Positions 9,375 through 18,656 of a stretch of DNA of 64,000 nucleotides are shown here, in pieces. The stretch covers positions 832,001 through 896,000 of the forward strand of contig CAVXKA010000002.1 in NCBI GenBank assembly GCA_963762255.1. Direction: 5' to 3'. This DNA is from Candidatus Eiseniibacteriota bacterium. Lineage in GTDB: Bacteria; Eisenbacteria; RBG-16-71-46; JABDJR01. The number at the start of each line of letters is the position of its first letter. Within the stretch, counting starts at the first letter, position 1. The notes below the pieces were generated by a model. That model saw nothing but the letters and a program-made list of their open reading frames with translations, had not been told where the DNA came from and did not search any database. Made by a program: the position numbers and the translations under genes.

Positions 9375-10439
9375 TCAGCTTCGAGCCGAGACGACGCGAA
9401 TCCGGCCGGGCTCTCCCGCACGCAATCGGCCGACGATGGCCGCGGCAGGCGTCCCCCGGGCCTTGAGCGCGGCGACCAAGGCGCCGGCCTTCTCCTGCGG
9501 CAGAGACAGCAGAAGCCCTCCGGATGTCTGGGCATCGGCCAAGATCACCCGGCTCACTTCATCGACATCGTCGCCGAACGTCGTGTGCGGCTGTGCGAAA
9601 GCGAGATTCTTGGTCGATCCACCGGGAACAACGTTGGCTTCGGCGAGTTGACGGACGCGCTGGTGAAGGAGCACCGGCACCGCTTCGGCCTCGATCTCGG
9701 CCTCGACCCCGGAGGCGACCGCCATTTCGTAGAGGTGTCCCAAGAGCCCGTACCCGGTGACGTCGGTGGACCCGTTCACCCCCACCTCGCGAGCGGCCTC
9801 CATCGCGCTCCGGTTGAGAGCGGCCATCTGCGCGACTGCTGCCGCGGTCTCTTCTCGAGTGATCAGGTCGCGCTTGAGGGCGGTGGTGAGGATCCCGATG
9901 CCGAGCGGCTTGGTGAGAACGAGAGCGTCGCCGGGCTTCCCGCCGCTGTTGAGCCACATGCGCCGGGGATGGACGCGCCCAGTCACCGCCAACCCGAACT
10001 TCGGCTCCTTGTCGTCGATGGAGTGGCCGCCGACGACGGCCACCTTCGCTTCGATGCACTTGTCCGCGGCCCCGCGCAGGATGTCATGCAGGATCCCCAT
10101 GTCCAGACCGTTCGCGGGGAACCCAACGATGTTGAGAGCCACGAACGGCTCCGCCCCCATCGCGTAGACGTCGCTCAGTGCATTGGCCGCGGCCACCGCT
10201 CCGAAGTCGTAGGGATCGTCGACGACCGGCGTGAAGAAGTCCACGGTCTGCACGAGCGCGAGGTCGTCGCTGACACGATAGACCCCCGCGTCGTCGGACG
10301 TGTCGTTCCCGACGAGGACATTCGGGTCGTCAAACTTGGGAAGCCCGTCCAGAACCTGGGCGAGCGCGCCTTGCGCGATCTTGCAGGCTCAGCCGGCGCC
10401 GTGGGACAGCGCGGTAAGCCTGATCTTGGTTTCGTCCAT
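9375..10439 (-). CDS. selD: Selenide, water dikinase (selenophosphate synthetase), selenoprotein with UGA=Sec at codon 17
   Basis: Manual extension: MDETKIRLTALSHGAG-TGA(10389-10391)-ACKIAQGAL..DDAGVY..LVQTVDFFTPVVDDPYDFG..AANALSDVYAMG..GGHS..DVTGYGLLGH..DAQTSGGLL. Confidence 0.95.
10345..10368 (-). promoter_or_regulatory. Putative bacterial SECIS hairpin downstream of the selD UGA
   Basis: CTCGCCCAG-GTT-CTGGACGGG: CCAG/CTGG stem with a G-containing loop about 33 nt after UGA. Confidence 0.55.
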
Positions 10440-10472
10440 ACCGCAGAGACTAGGGGGGCATCTCGCCCGCGG

Positions 10473-10817
10473 TCAATGGATCGCAGGTGGATGTTTCGAA
10501 CGGGCGCGCCACAGCAGTCCGTGCACGGAACACCACGCGAGATCGGCCGCCCCCAGGCCGAGAAAGAGCACGAGCGGCTGGGGACGGTGAAGGAGTGCCA
10601 GACAGATGAGGATCGCCCCCCCTCCACCGCGCGCCCAGAGCACCGCGGCCTTGAACGGACCGGGATCCCCGGCGGTAGCCGCGGCGAGGTAGAGAGCGGG
10701 GAGCAGGAGAAGCGGCAGCACCGAGAGACGGAAGAAGAACAGGGCGTCGGCGGGCAAGGGGGCCCCGAGTCGCGCGAGTGCATCGTCCCCGACAAACAGG
10801 ATGAAGACCGCCAGCAC
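10473..10817 (-). CDS. Small integral membrane protein of unknown function (true start probably further upstream, frame open to about 10910)
   Basis: About four hydrophobic segments; lies in the operon between the M48 gene and selD. Confidence 0.6.
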   Translation of the reverse strand: MLAVFILFVGDDALARLGAPLPADALFFFRLSVLPLLLLPALYLAAATAGDPGPFKAAVLWARGGGGAILICLALLHRPQPLVLFLGLGAADLAWCSVHGLLWRARSKHPPAIH

Positions 10818-10906
10818 GACGTCATACGCGGCACCGGCGATCAGGCTTCGGCGCAGCCCGACCTGCGGATCTTTACCCTGGGACGTGCGGGCGTTTCCGT
10901 GCGCGG

Positions 10907-11737
10907 TCAGCGTTTGACGCTCACTTGCGCGACCCGGCTCTTGAAATCCCCGAAACCGGTGTCCGTGGTGGTCAGCGATTTCGGCGGCAAGACCGCGATG
11001 AGGCCCTGGACATCCTTGATGCGCTCTTCGGTGAGGGGGTGGCTCGAGAAGAACTGCTCGATGGCGCCCGGCTTCGCCGTCTGCATGGTCACGAGCACCT
11101 GAAAGAAATCCACGATGCCCTGAGGGTTCACTCCGGCTTCATAGACGAAGTGCACGCCGAGTTCGTCGGCTTCGCGTTCGGCGTCGCGGCTGAACTTCAT
11201 GATGGTGCCGTTGGCGAGAACGCCGGCGAGAATTTCCTGGTATATCGCCGGGTCCTGACCGAGGGCGAGCCCGGCGATCAGCGAGATGCCGTACTGCTTG
11301 GTCAAGTTCTCCGTGCCGTGGCGGGCCAGGCCATGCGAGACCTCGTGCGCCACCACCCCCATCAGTTCGGGGTACGTCCTGGCCTCGGCGATGAGGCCGG
11401 AGTAGAAGTAGACGTGTCCCCCAGGGATGTTGAACGCGTTCACCTGCGGGTCGTCGATGACGTCGAAGGTCCAGGGTAAAGAGGCCACGTCCGACTCGTC
11501 GCGCGCGGCGGCAAGGATCTTCTCCCCTATCCTGGTGATGTAGGCCTTCACCGCCGAGTCGGTGACGAGGGTCGTCTCTTTGGCGACATCGGCGGCGAGC
11601 TGGTTCCCCAGCTCCCACTCTTCCTCCGTCGAGACCAGGTTGACGTCCCCCTTGTTGACGCCGGTGGTGGCGCAACCGAGCCCGAGGACCACCAGAGTCA
11701 GGATCATCGGCAGGAACAGAGCCCGTTTCCGTCGCAT
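10907..11737 (-). CDS. M48-family zinc metalloprotease lipoprotein (BepA/LoiP-like)
   Basis: Lipobox LGLGC; VNAFNIPGG, VAHEVSH, FSRDAEREAD, SSHP. Confidence 0.9.
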   Translation of the reverse strand: MRRKRALFLPMILTLVVLGLGCATTGVNKGDVNLVSTEEEWELGNQLAADVAKETTLVTDSAVKAYITRIGEKILAAARDESDVASLPWTFDVIDDPQVNAFNIPGGHVYFYSGLIAEARTYPELMGVVAHEVSHGLARHGTENLTKQYGISLIAGLALGQDPAIYQEILAGVLANGTIMKFSRDAEREADELGVHFVYEAGVNPQGIVDFFQVLVTMQTAKPGAIEQFFSSHPLTEERIKDVQGLIAVLPPKSLTTTDTGFGDFKSRVAQVSVKR

Positions 11738-11738
11738 C

Positions 11739-12443
11739 TCAGGTCATCCTCCTCGCGGTTTCGTAGAGTTTCACGACGGTCTCCAGGGCCGCGTCGGGAC
11801 CGACCAGCTCCAGATTCAGCACGACGTGGTACGCGGTGGGATCGTCGATATCGTGATGCAGGTAGCGATGAATGAACTCGGCCCGGTCGTGATCCGCGCG
11901 AAGCACGTGAATCTCGGCTTCGGCCCGGGACAGACCGTGGCGGCGCCTGGTTTCCTCCACTCGCCAGCCCAGCCCGGCCACGAAGCGCACGTGGAACCCC
12001 GGCTGGTCGGCGAGGAGGAAGTTGGCGCCGCGTCCGACAACGACCGCCGAGCCAACGTGCGCGATGCTGACGAGGATCTTCCCCAGCGAACGCGCGAAAT
12101 CTTCACCGCTCATGATCCGGCTGTGCAGGACGCCGGCGACCCACTGCTCGACGCCGCTGCGAGTCCGCTCGTCCAACGCCTCGAGAAGTTCGCGTTGGAC
12201 TCCGGTCTCGGAGGAGACGACATCGATCACTTCCCTGTCGAAGAGCTGAAAGCCGAGCCGCTCGGAGATCCGGCCCGCCAGAGCGGTGCCGCCGCTTCCG
12301 GACTGTCGGGAGACCGTGATGATCGGGCGTTTGGGCTCGGCGGCTGCGGCGCCTCCGTCCCGCTCCCGTTCCTGTACGGCAAGTTGCTCGTGGACCCAAC
12401 GCCGGACTTGCTTCTCGATCAGACGTCCTTTGTCTTCGGTCAT
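11739..12443 (-). CDS. Cytidylate kinase-like family protein
   Basis: IITVSRQSGSGG, LFDRE, VVVGRGANF, DRAEFIHRY..DIDDP..YHVVLN; SD GGAGG before ATG 12443. Confidence 0.85.
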   Translation of the reverse strand: MTEDKGRLIEKQVRRWVHEQLAVQERERDGGAAAAEPKRPIITVSRQSGSGGTALAGRISERLGFQLFDREVIDVVSSETGVQRELLEALDERTRSGVEQWVAGVLHSRIMSGEDFARSLGKILVSIAHVGSAVVVGRGANFLLADQPGFHVRFVAGLGWRVEETRRRHGLSRAEAEIHVLRADHDRAEFIHRYLHHDIDDPTAYHVVLNLELVGPDAALETVVKLYETARRMT

Positions 12444-12620
12444 GGCGCCTCCCTTCCCTTCACGGGGCATTCTACCGCGAATCGACGCACCGAGAAGCCC
12501 CCGAGCCGCGGCACGAGAACTTCCCGGGGCGGCGGCATGACCCGACGTTGTATAGTGGGCGCTTCGTCCGGCGCAGGCCGGGCTCACGAACATGCACCCC
12601 CTGTCGGGAGGCTCCGTCTT

Positions 12621-13730
12621 ATGGGCAAGAACCCCTTGTTGCTCCTGGCCGAACACGGTCAGAGCGTCTGGCTCGACAATCTCACGCGCGGCATGATCCA
12701 CGATGGACGGCTGAAGGGCCTCATCGATGAGGACGGCGTGTCCGGGATCACGTCGAACCCCGCCATCTTCCACAAGTCCATGACCACGGGAAGCGACTAC
12801 GACGCGCAGATTCGCACCCTTGGAGCCAGGGGACTCTCCGCGGTCGAGATCTATGAGGCCATGGCGATCCAGGACGTCCAGGACGCGCTCGATCTGCTGC
12901 GCCCGGTGTTCGACCGCGCCAACGGGACCGATGGCTTCGTGAGCCTCGAGGTGTCCCCGCATCTCGCGCGCAACACGGAAGGAACCGTCGCCGAGGCGCG
13001 GCGGCTCTGGAGCAGAGTCGCCCGCCCCAACCTCTTGGTGAAGATCCCCGGAACCCCGGAGGGCGTCCCTGCGATCCGGCAGTGCCTGAGCGAAGGCATC
13101 AACATCAACGTGACGCTGCTCTTCTCTCTGGATGCCCACCGCGCGGTGATGCACGCGCATCTGGACGCGCTGGACGCCCGCTTGGGCCGCGGCGAGCCCG
13201 TGGCCACCGTAGCCTCCGTGGCAAGCTTCTTCCTGAGCCGGATCGACACCAAGGTGGACAAACTGCTCGACGGGATGACCGACCCCCGCGCCAAGACGAT
13301 CCGCGGCATGACGGCGGTGGCGAGCGCCAAGCTCGCGTACGCACTCTGGAAGGAGACCTACTCGGGGCCGCGATGGGAGAAGCTCCGCGCGGCGGGAGCG
13401 CGGGTGCAGAAGCCGCTGTGGGCCAGCACCTCCACCAAGGACAAGGCCTATCCCGACGTGAAGTACGTGGAGCCCTTGATCGGGCCTTTCACCGTGAACA
13501 CGCTCCCCGACGAGACGGTCGACGCGTTCCGCGACCACGGTCGTGTGGCGGATACGGTGGAGTTGGATCTCGATCGCGAGCGCCGCGCGCTGGCCGATCT
13601 CGAGTCCCTGGGTATCTCGCTCAAGCGAGTGACCGACGAACTCGTGGAAGAGGGCATCGAAAAGTTCAACCAGCCGTTCGACGCACTCCTGGCCGCGCTG
13701 GAAGTGAAGCGGAAGGCACTGGCCACCTAG
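12621..13730 (+). CDS. tal: Transaldolase
   Basis: GQSVWLDNL, GITSNPAIF, FVSLEVSP, NLLVKIPGT, NVTLLFS, SFFLSRID, LWASTSTK, TVNTLP. Confidence 0.96.
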   Translation: MGKNPLLLLAEHGQSVWLDNLTRGMIHDGRLKGLIDEDGVSGITSNPAIFHKSMTTGSDYDAQIRTLGARGLSAVEIYEAMAIQDVQDALDLLRPVFDRANGTDGFVSLEVSPHLARNTEGTVAEARRLWSRVARPNLLVKIPGTPEGVPAIRQCLSEGININVTLLFSLDAHRAVMHAHLDALDARLGRGEPVATVASVASFFLSRIDTKVDKLLDGMTDPRAKTIRGMTAVASAKLAYALWKETYSGPRWEKLRAAGARVQKPLWASTSTKDKAYPDVKYVEPLIGPFTVNTLPDETVDAFRDHGRVADTVELDLDRERRALADLESLGISLKRVTDELVEEGIEKFNQPFDALLAALEVKRKALAT

Positions 13731-13742
13731 CCCCCCAAGTGT

Positions 13743-14918
13743 TCAGCCTTGCACTCGCACGCGCGGGATGCGGCCCCCGATGCGGGCCACGATCTCGTAG
13801 GGGATGGTGCCGCACCACGAGGCCAGATCTTCCGCTCGGATCACCTCATCCCCCTGACGGCCGATCAGGACCACCTCGTCCTCGAGAGCGGCGTCGGGGT
13901 GGTGGGTGACATCCACCATCGTGACGTTCATGCACACGCGACCGCGCACCGGGGCACGGCGCCCTCCGATCAGCACGTGGCCGACATTGCTGAGGCCGCG
14001 GTCGTAACCATCGGCGTACCCGATGGGCAGGACGGCGATGCGCGAGTCGGCCGGCGCTTTCCAGGAGCAGCCGTACCCGACAAAGCCCCCCGCCGGCACC
14101 GATTTCACCTGCGCAATCCGGGTCTTCCATGCCAGTACCGGCCGGAGATCCATCTGCGCCCCGTCGACATGTCGCGACGAGACATGCGTCTCCTTGCTCG
14201 GCCAAATGCCATAGGAGGAGATCCCCACTCGCGCCATCGAGAAATGCGATTCGGGGAACAGAATCGTGGCGGCCGAGCATGCGGCGTGGGGCACCGGGAC
14301 TTCGAAGCCTGCCTCGCGCACCTGCGTGAGCGCGTACCGGAAGCGGTCGAGTTGCTCCTGCGCGTAGCCGTGATCGGTGGTGTCCTCGATGTTGGCGAAA
14401 TGGGTGGTGAGCCCCTCAAGCCGCAGCCCGGGCAGCGAGCGGACAAGCTCGAGATAGTCGGGCAATTCCGACGCAGGGATTCCGTACCGGTGGGTGCCGG
14501 TCTCCACCTTGAGGTGCACGCGGATCTCGCGTCCGCGCTCCGAGGCCACGCGGGAGAGAGCGTTCAGACTCTCCATGTTGAAGATGACCGGGCTTCCCTC
14601 TGCGTCGACGACCGCGTCCCAAGCGGACAGCGGCACGTAACCCAGGATCACGACCGGGAGCTTCACCCCCGCCGCCCGAACCCTCACCAGTTCGTCCACC
14701 GAGATCACGGCCAGACGGTGCACGATGCCGGAGGCCGCGTCCTCCGCCGCCACCAATTCCAGACCGTGGCCGTAGGCGTCGGACTTCACCACATGGGCTA
14801 ACTCGACGCCGGGACCCAGGCGACGGCGGAAGGCGTGGAGATTGCCCAGCAAGGCGGCGGTGTCGACTTCGACCCAGGTGAGCGCAGTCCGCGCGATGCG
14901 CTGGCGGGTGGGGTTCAT
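13743..14918 (-). CDS. alr: Alanine racemase
   Basis: VVKSDAYGHG PLP-lysine motif, HLKVETG, THFA, PIGYADG, GRVCMN, GTIPYEI. Confidence 0.96.
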   Translation of the reverse strand: MNPTRQRIARTALTWVEVDTAALLGNLHAFRRRLGPGVELAHVVKSDAYGHGLELVAAEDAASGIVHRLAVISVDELVRVRAAGVKLPVVILGYVPLSAWDAVVDAEGSPVIFNMESLNALSRVASERGREIRVHLKVETGTHRYGIPASELPDYLELVRSLPGLRLEGLTTHFANIEDTTDHGYAQEQLDRFRYALTQVREAGFEVPVPHAACSAATILFPESHFSMARVGISSYGIWPSKETHVSSRHVDGAQMDLRPVLAWKTRIAQVKSVPAGGFVGYGCSWKAPADSRIAVLPIGYADGYDRGLSNVGHVLIGGRRAPVRGRVCMNVTMVDVTHHPDAALEDEVVLIGRQGDEVIRAEDLASWCGTIPYEIVARIGGRIPRVRVQG

Positions 14919-14938
14919 CGCAGCGGGTCGCCCATGCG

Positions 14939-15346
14939 TCAGTAGCGCGGAAGGCTCGGGTCAACCTGCTGGGTCCACCGGTCGATGCCGCCGGCCAGGC
15001 TCTTGACCTGTTCGTAGCCGTGGTCCCAGAGGATCAGGGCCGCCTCCATGCTGCGTATGCCGTGATGGCAGAAGAGGACGACATCGTCCATCGGATCGAG
15101 TTCCTCGTCCGCTCGGTACTCCAGCTCGTTCAGAGGGATGAGAATCGCCCCGGGCAACGAGGCGATGTTCGCCTCCCATGGCTCGCGCACGTCGACGAGC
15201 ACAATCGGCTCGCCGAGGTCGAGCCGACGGCGAAGATCGAGGGGAGTGATTTCCCAGGCGTCGACTTTATCGGTGTTCAAGCGATGAGGTCCCTTCCACT
15301 CGGGGGGCCAGACGGGCCCTAGGCTGTCAGAAGGGTCGGGAAGCAT
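14939..15346 (-). CDS. Stand-alone rhodanese (sulfurtransferase) domain protein
   Basis: LVDVREPWE, FCHHGIRS, SLAGGIDRW..VDPSLPRY. Confidence 0.9.
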   Translation of the reverse strand: MLPDPSDSLGPVWPPEWKGPHRLNTDKVDAWEITPLDLRRRLDLGEPIVLVDVREPWEANIASLPGAILIPLNELEYRADEELDPMDDVVLFCHHGIRSMEAALILWDHGYEQVKSLAGGIDRWTQQVDPSLPRY

Positions 15347-15473
15347 GAGGTGATTCCTTTCCGAGCCGGCGGTTCGAGGGCCGGCCGAAACCGAACGGGT
15401 ACGCGCGCAATGATACCGCGTCGGCGCGTCTCGAGGTCCCTCAGTTTCCGGCGCGGCGAAAAGGGCAAACGGG

Positions 15474-16043
15474 TCAGCTCTCCAGAATCGCCGCGGCCGC
15501 CGCCCAGAGCCCCGCATCTGCCGCAGCGGCCCCCCCCTCGATGAGACTCTGCCGCTCGAAAAAGGCCAGACGCACCGCCATCCCCAGCAGAATCGCCGCC
15601 TTGACGCTGACGTTGCCGGTGGGGAGTTCGCCGGACTGCATCCCCCGTTTCAGCTCGCGCAACACGAGATCCCGCGGCTTCGGGTGCGGGACAAGCCAAC
15701 GCGCGTAGTCCGAGTGGAAGACCTGAAAGAGGAACGCGTACTCGGCCGGGTGACGGCGGGAGTGCCCGAGAAGCCCCTGCAGAACCCCGATGACCCGCTC
15801 CGTAGGATCCTTCACCGCCTCGGCGCCTGCCTCCATCTCCGCCAGCATCCCCGCGTGCGCCTCCTCGAAGAGACGGTGAGCAAGCTCTTCCTTTCCGTCC
15901 CAGTACTTGTAGATCGCTGCCTGGGAGCAACGGGCACGCTGGGCGATCTCCTGAGTCGTGGTCCCGGCAATTCCCTTGCGAGCCATGAGTTCCAGCGCGG
16001 CAACCCGGATTCGATCGCGAGCGCCATCCGCCTTGGGCATCAT
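15474..16043 (-). CDS. TetR/AcrR-family transcriptional regulator
   Basis: RIRVAALELMARKG..TTTQEIA..SQAAIYKYWDGKEEL; SD AGGAGG; TTGACA upstream. Confidence 0.9.
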   Translation of the reverse strand: MMPKADGARDRIRVAALELMARKGIAGTTTQEIAQRARCSQAAIYKYWDGKEELAHRLFEEAHAGMLAEMEAGAEAVKDPTERVIGVLQGLLGHSRRHPAEYAFLFQVFHSDYARWLVPHPKPRDLVLRELKRGMQSGELPTGNVSVKAAILLGMAVRLAFFERQSLIEGGAAAADAGLWAAAAAILES

Positions 16044-16231
16044 CCCTCCTTTGGTCGTGGGTGAATCTTTACTTACCAAATCTCAACGAGCTTGTCAACG
16101 GTCCACACGGGGAGTAGCCTCCCTCGTCTGGTGCCCGTCGACCTTTGCGGCACCTTTCCCCGACTTCCCCCCGTCCAGCCGCTCCCCCGCGGCGTTCGGG
16201 CGATCTGGCCTCTCAGCTAAGGAGTTGCACG

Positions 16232-17635
16232 GTGGCGGATGGACGATCGTACGACCTGGTGGTGATCGGAGCAGGCCCAGGCGGGTACGTGGCCGCGGTG
16301 CGCGCGGCGCAGCTCGGGCTCAAGACCGCGGTCGTGGAGCGGGACAGGGCGCTTGGCGGTACCTGCCTCCTTCGCGGATGCATCCCGACCAAGTTCCTGC
16401 TCCAGGCCGCTTCCCTCTTCGATGAGTTCCGCTCGATGGAGCGCTATGGGCTCAAGGCCGAAGGGCTCACGCTTGACTGGAAGAAGACGCAGGTCGAGAA
16501 GACGAAGACAGTGCGCCGACTGACCGCGGCGATCGGCGCCCTCATGAAGAAGGGGCGGATCGATGTCGTGGAAGGGCATGGCCGCTTGCGGGGGGCGGGC
16601 AAGGTCGAGGTGGAACTCAACGCCGGCGGCACCGAGACCCTCACCGCGCGGTTCGTTCTCATCGCCACAGGTTCCTACCCCAAGATGCTGCCGTTCCTCA
16701 CTCGGGACGGGAAGCGCATCATCACCTCCGACGAGGCACTCGAGCTTGCGGAGATTCCCAAGTCATTGATCGTGGTCGGCTCGGGCGCGGTGGGGAGCGA
16801 GTTCGCTTCCATCTATCGCTCGTTCGGCACCGAGGTGACGCTCCTCGAAGCGCTCCCCCGATTGATCCCCAACGAAGACGCCGATATGAGCGCTGAGTTG
16901 ACCAAGGCATTCAGGAAGCGCGGCATCGACGCGCGCGCGGGCGTGGCGATGGAGAGCGGCGAGGTCACCGAGACGGGGGTGAGAGTGCGCCTGGGGGGCG
17001 AGAAGACCGAGACCCTGGAAGCCGAGCTGCTGCTTGTAGCAGTCGGGCGCGGGCCGGTATCCAAGGATGTCGGCATCGAGACGACGTCGATCCAACTCGA
17101 CAAGGGCGGCTTCATCCCCATCGATGCCTTCATGCGCACGAGCGAGCCCGGCGTCTACGCGATCGGCGACGTGGTGCCGACCGCAGGCCTCGCGCATCTG
17201 GCCTCCAAGGAAGGGATCCTCGCCGTGGAGCACATGGCGGGCAAGAGCGTGAGGCCGATTCGCTACGAGACCGTGCCGAACGCGATCTACTGCGAGCCCG
17301 AGGTGGCCTCGGTGGGGCTCACCGAGGAGAAGGCGAGAGAGACGGGCCGCGAGGTGATGGTCGGCAAGTTCCCCTTCTCGCACTCCTCCAAGGCGATGAT
17401 CGCAGGGCATCAGGACGGCCTGGTCAAGATCGTCAGCGACGCCCGGTACGACGAAGTGCTGGGCGTGCACATCATCGGACCCAAGGCGACCGAGCTCATC
17501 GCGGAGGCGGTGGTGGGGATGACGCTGGAGACGACGACCGAGGAGCTCTTCCGGGCCATCCACCCGCACCCCACGCTCTCGGAAGCGGTAATGGAGGCGG
17601 CGGAGAATCTGCATGGCGAGAGCATCCACATCTAG
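16232..17635 (+). CDS. lpdA: Dihydrolipoyl dehydrogenase (E3)
   Basis: GAGPGGYVAA, GGTCLLRGCIPTK, IATGS, GSGAVGSE, HPHPTLSE; GTG start after AAGGAG. Confidence 0.96.
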   Translation: MADGRSYDLVVIGAGPGGYVAAVRAAQLGLKTAVVERDRALGGTCLLRGCIPTKFLLQAASLFDEFRSMERYGLKAEGLTLDWKKTQVEKTKTVRRLTAAIGALMKKGRIDVVEGHGRLRGAGKVEVELNAGGTETLTARFVLIATGSYPKMLPFLTRDGKRIITSDEALELAEIPKSLIVVGSGAVGSEFASIYRSFGTEVTLLEALPRLIPNEDADMSAELTKAFRKRGIDARAGVAMESGEVTETGVRVRLGGEKTETLEAELLLVAVGRGPVSKDVGIETTSIQLDKGGFIPIDAFMRTSEPGVYAIGDVVPTAGLAHLASKEGILAVEHMAGKSVRPIRYETVPNAIYCEPEVASVGLTEEKARETGREVMVGKFPFSHSSKAMIAGHQDGLVKIVSDARYDEVLGVHIIGPKATELIAEAVVGMTLETTTEELFRAIHPHPTLSEAVMEAAENLHGESIHI

Positions 17636-18656
17636 GGGCCCCTCGGAGTCGCTCTCCCGCGAACGGCGGATCGAGCTCTATCGCTGGATGCTGCTCACGC
17701 GGCGCCTCGAGGAGCGCCTGGTCAACCTCTACCGCCAGAACCAGATCGTGGGCGGTCTCTACCGTAGCCTCGGTCAGGAGGCGGAGACGATCGGCGCGGT
17801 CTTCGCGCTCGAGAAGCAAGATATCGTGGGACCGCTGATCCGCAACCTGGGCGCAGTCCTGGTGAAGGGCTATCGCCCTCGCGACGTGGCCATGCAGTAC
17901 ATGGCCCGCGCCGGAGGACCGACGCGGGGCAAGGATCTCAACACCCATTTCGGCACCGTCCCCGAGCCTGGTGTGGTGGCGCCGGTGAGCATGCTCGGCG
18001 ACACCGTCCCGGTCATGGCGGGCATCGCGCTGGCGGCCAAGCTCCGCCGCGAGGATCGCGTTGCGTTGGCTTTCGTCGGAGACGGTGCGACGTCTACCGG
18101 CGCGTTTTATGAAGGGGTGAACCTGGCCGCGGTGTGGCGGCTCCCGTTGGTCGTGGTGGCCGAGCACAACGGCTACGCGTATTCCACGCCGACCTCGCGA
18201 CAGATGGCGGTGGCTCGCATTGCCGACAAGGCAGCGGGGCTGGGACTTCCCGGGGTGACGGTGGATGGAAACGACGTGCTCGCGGTGTTCGACGCGGTGC
18301 GCACGGCGCGCGCCCGCGCGGTCGGCGGCGAAGGCCCCACGCTCATCGAGGTCGTCACCTATCGCCGCAAGGGGCACGCCGAGCACGACACGCAGAAATA
18401 CGTGCCGGAGGGCGAAATCGAGACGTGGGAGAAGGACGACCCGATCGCTCGCTACGAGCGCTCTCTCGCGGATAGCGGTCATGCACACGAGGAGGATCTG
18501 GCCGCCGTGCAGCGCGAAGTGGCCGCGTATCTCGAGGAGGAGATCGATGCCGCGCTCGCATCCCCCATGCCCGATCCCGGTGTGGCGGTGGAAGGCGTGT
18601 ATGCGCCTCCCTTCCTGACGCCGGATACCCTCGCTCCGTATCGGGAGGGCGCGTGA
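17613..18656 (+). CDS. 2-oxoacid (pyruvate or branched-chain) dehydrogenase E1 alpha subunit
   Basis: GQEA, TPP motif GDGATSTGAFYEGVNLA..HNGYA, TYRRKGHAEHD. Confidence 0.92.
   Translation: MARASTSRGPSESLSRERRIELYRWMLLTRRLEERLVNLYRQNQIVGGLYRSLGQEAETIGAVFALEKQDIVGPLIRNLGAVLVKGYRPRDVAMQYMARAGGPTRGKDLNTHFGTVPEPGVVAPVSMLGDTVPVMAGIALAAKLRREDRVALAFVGDGATSTGAFYEGVNLAAVWRLPLVVVAEHNGYAYSTPTSRQMAVARIADKAAGLGLPGVTVDGNDVLAVFDAVRTARARAVGGEGPTLIEVVTYRRKGHAEHDTQKYVPEGEIETWEKDDPIARYERSLADSGHAHEEDLAAVQREVAAYLEEEIDAALASPMPDPGVAVEGVYAPPFLTPDTLAPYREGA

Noticed and set aside
8028-11102. 1024-aa plus-strand ORF and many similar long ORFs (648..2114, 29484..30692, 39293..41347, 42700..44274, 46757..48496, 50113..51519)
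   Set aside because: Antisense or off-frame shadows of well-supported genes in GC-rich DNA; Arg/Gly/His-rich with no recognisable motifs.
11562-13730. Apparent 722-aa transaldolase and 599-aa cytidylate-kinase-like fusions
   Set aside because: The extensions are antisense read-through of the divergent neighbour. Real starts are 12621 and 12443.
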